NCBI GenBank assembly: GCA_000934665.2
Contig: JYFJ02002900.1
Coordinates: 1 to 49,169 of the forward strand
Length of the DNA: 49,169 bases
Direction: 5' to 3'
DNA from: Catajapyx aquilonaris
Lineage: Eukaryota
Shown here: one piece after another, positions 47,726 through 49,169 of the stretch
Layout: every line of letters begins with the position of its first letter
Numbering within the stretch: the stretch's first letter is position 1
The notes under the pieces: generated by a model
Told to the model about the DNA's origin: nothing
What the model saw: the letters and a program-made list of their open reading frames with translations, nothing else
The model's database searches: none
Made by a program: the position numbers and the translations under genes

Positions 47726-49169
47726 GCACAGCGGGTGCGGCTGGGACATGCCGTTCATGGCAATGGCCAGGGCATGCATGGCGCTAAGAATGCGCCCGGA
47801 ATGCCCCAGAGACATGCAAACAAGTGGAGGTGTGTGGAGAACAACATGTTTGCAACTTGTTTTCTCTACAAATATACAGCAAAAATATGGAACGCACCCG
47901 GATTGCCCCAGAGACATGCAAATATGGCGCAGCATGTTTTTCTCAAGTGGAGGTGTGTGGAGAACAACATGTTTGCAACGTGTTTGCTCCCACAAAACCG
48001 AGGTATAAAAGTACTGTCAGATTGGGGGAGTCAGAACAACGCGACCGACATCGGGGCAGTACTTACCACTTGGCGCCAGCGGATTCGTAAGTCGTGATCA
48101 ATATGTATAGCTGAAATACTTTAGTGAGAACGTGAGACAATCTGATGTTTTACAAGGGCGGCAGAGTTTCGCATAGTCTGAGGGATAGTTATGCAGGGAG
48201 CGGGGCGCGGGACGAGCAACCCCGTTCAACCATCGGGAGCCGAACGATCGGTGCTTACCCCGGTCTACCTTTGCGACGGGTGCACCCAATTCTTCCGGAC
48301 ACCGACCGAACTCCGTGTGCACCGATTTACACACCCATCCAATACATCCGCATCTACTCGCGAAGGTAAGCCAAATGCCCTATCGTGAAAAGAAAGTTAT
48401 TTCATTCTGACTCGCATGAATGACATAATTACTCAATGATATAGCCATATGCAATGAATGCAGGAATCACATCACCTAAAGGAATGCAATAGGGGGAAAA
48501 TGATATAGCGCGTGGAATATCCGATTACAGAAAACCCGAGAGAAAACCGAGAGCGGGAGATCCACGAGGCAAAGATGCGGCTGATAGAAGAGAAGGGGAG
48601 GATGGCTAGGGAGCGTCACCATGCCAAGATGAGGATGATGGAGGAGCTGCACGCTGCGAGGATGAGTAGGGAGCAAAACGATGCCCAGGTATAATGCCCC
48701 ACTCAATCCTTGCACCGAAGTTGGGAGGGCATGGGGACAGGGACATGGCGGCATGGTGCTACCGCAACGGGGGTGACATGGGGACAGGGACAAGGGTGAC
48801 CCAGCAACACATATTTTCAAGTGTTTGCAGGATAGCAAAGCATGAACTGTGGGGCAACATAGATGGCGGGCAGGGACCACGGCGGCACAGCGGGTGCGGC
48901 TGGGACATGCCGTTCATGGCAATGGCCAGGGCATGCATGGCGCTAACCGGCAACTAGCGGACATGGAGACAGGCAACGGTGCTAACCGAGCGACATGGGC
49001 AGACATGCATGGGGCCACCGCCCGTCCAAAAAACGAAAATGCAGGCCCGGCCACCCCAGCTCCTCATGGCAGTGGCCAGGGCATGCATGGCGCTAACCGG
49101 CAACTAGCGGACATGGAGACAGGCAACGGTGCTAACCGAGCGACATGGGCAGACATGCATGGGGCCACC
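47726..49169. repeat. GC-rich region of dispersed and tandem duplications
   Basis: About 62-bp block at 47726-47788 repeated at 48886-48947; about 100-bp block at 48921-49020 repeated 150 bp later (49071-49169); about 47795-47860 repeated with an insertion at about 47895-47980. Confidence 0.85.

Overview
Eukaryotic (invertebrate, probably arthropod) genomic DNA, intron-rich and dense in transposon remnants; no prokaryotic operons, CRISPR or rRNA. Main gene: an 11-exon SLC1/EAAT transporter of the insect Eaat2 type on + (CDS 15512-38926, about 520 aa). All introns are GT-AG with matching phases, and an alternative shorter C-terminus is possible. Convergent with it is a compact 2-exon gene on - (40373-40983) encoding a 120-aa secreted protein with signal peptide, a pacifastin-like domain and a WAP domain, the most unusual coding feature here. 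An intron-containing, frameshifted multi-HMG-box pseudogene sits on - at about 10.2-11.3 kb and is not evident from the ORF track. The rest is two related kb-scale foldback elements, many TIR elements/MITEs (TA, AATT, TTTT and 8-bp TSDs), a tRNA-derived SINE with a 15-bp TSD, an internally deleted Helitron, an LTR with a tRNA-Lys PBS and decayed interior, and simple or tandem repeats. Superfamily labels come from termini and TSD rules only; no searches were run.
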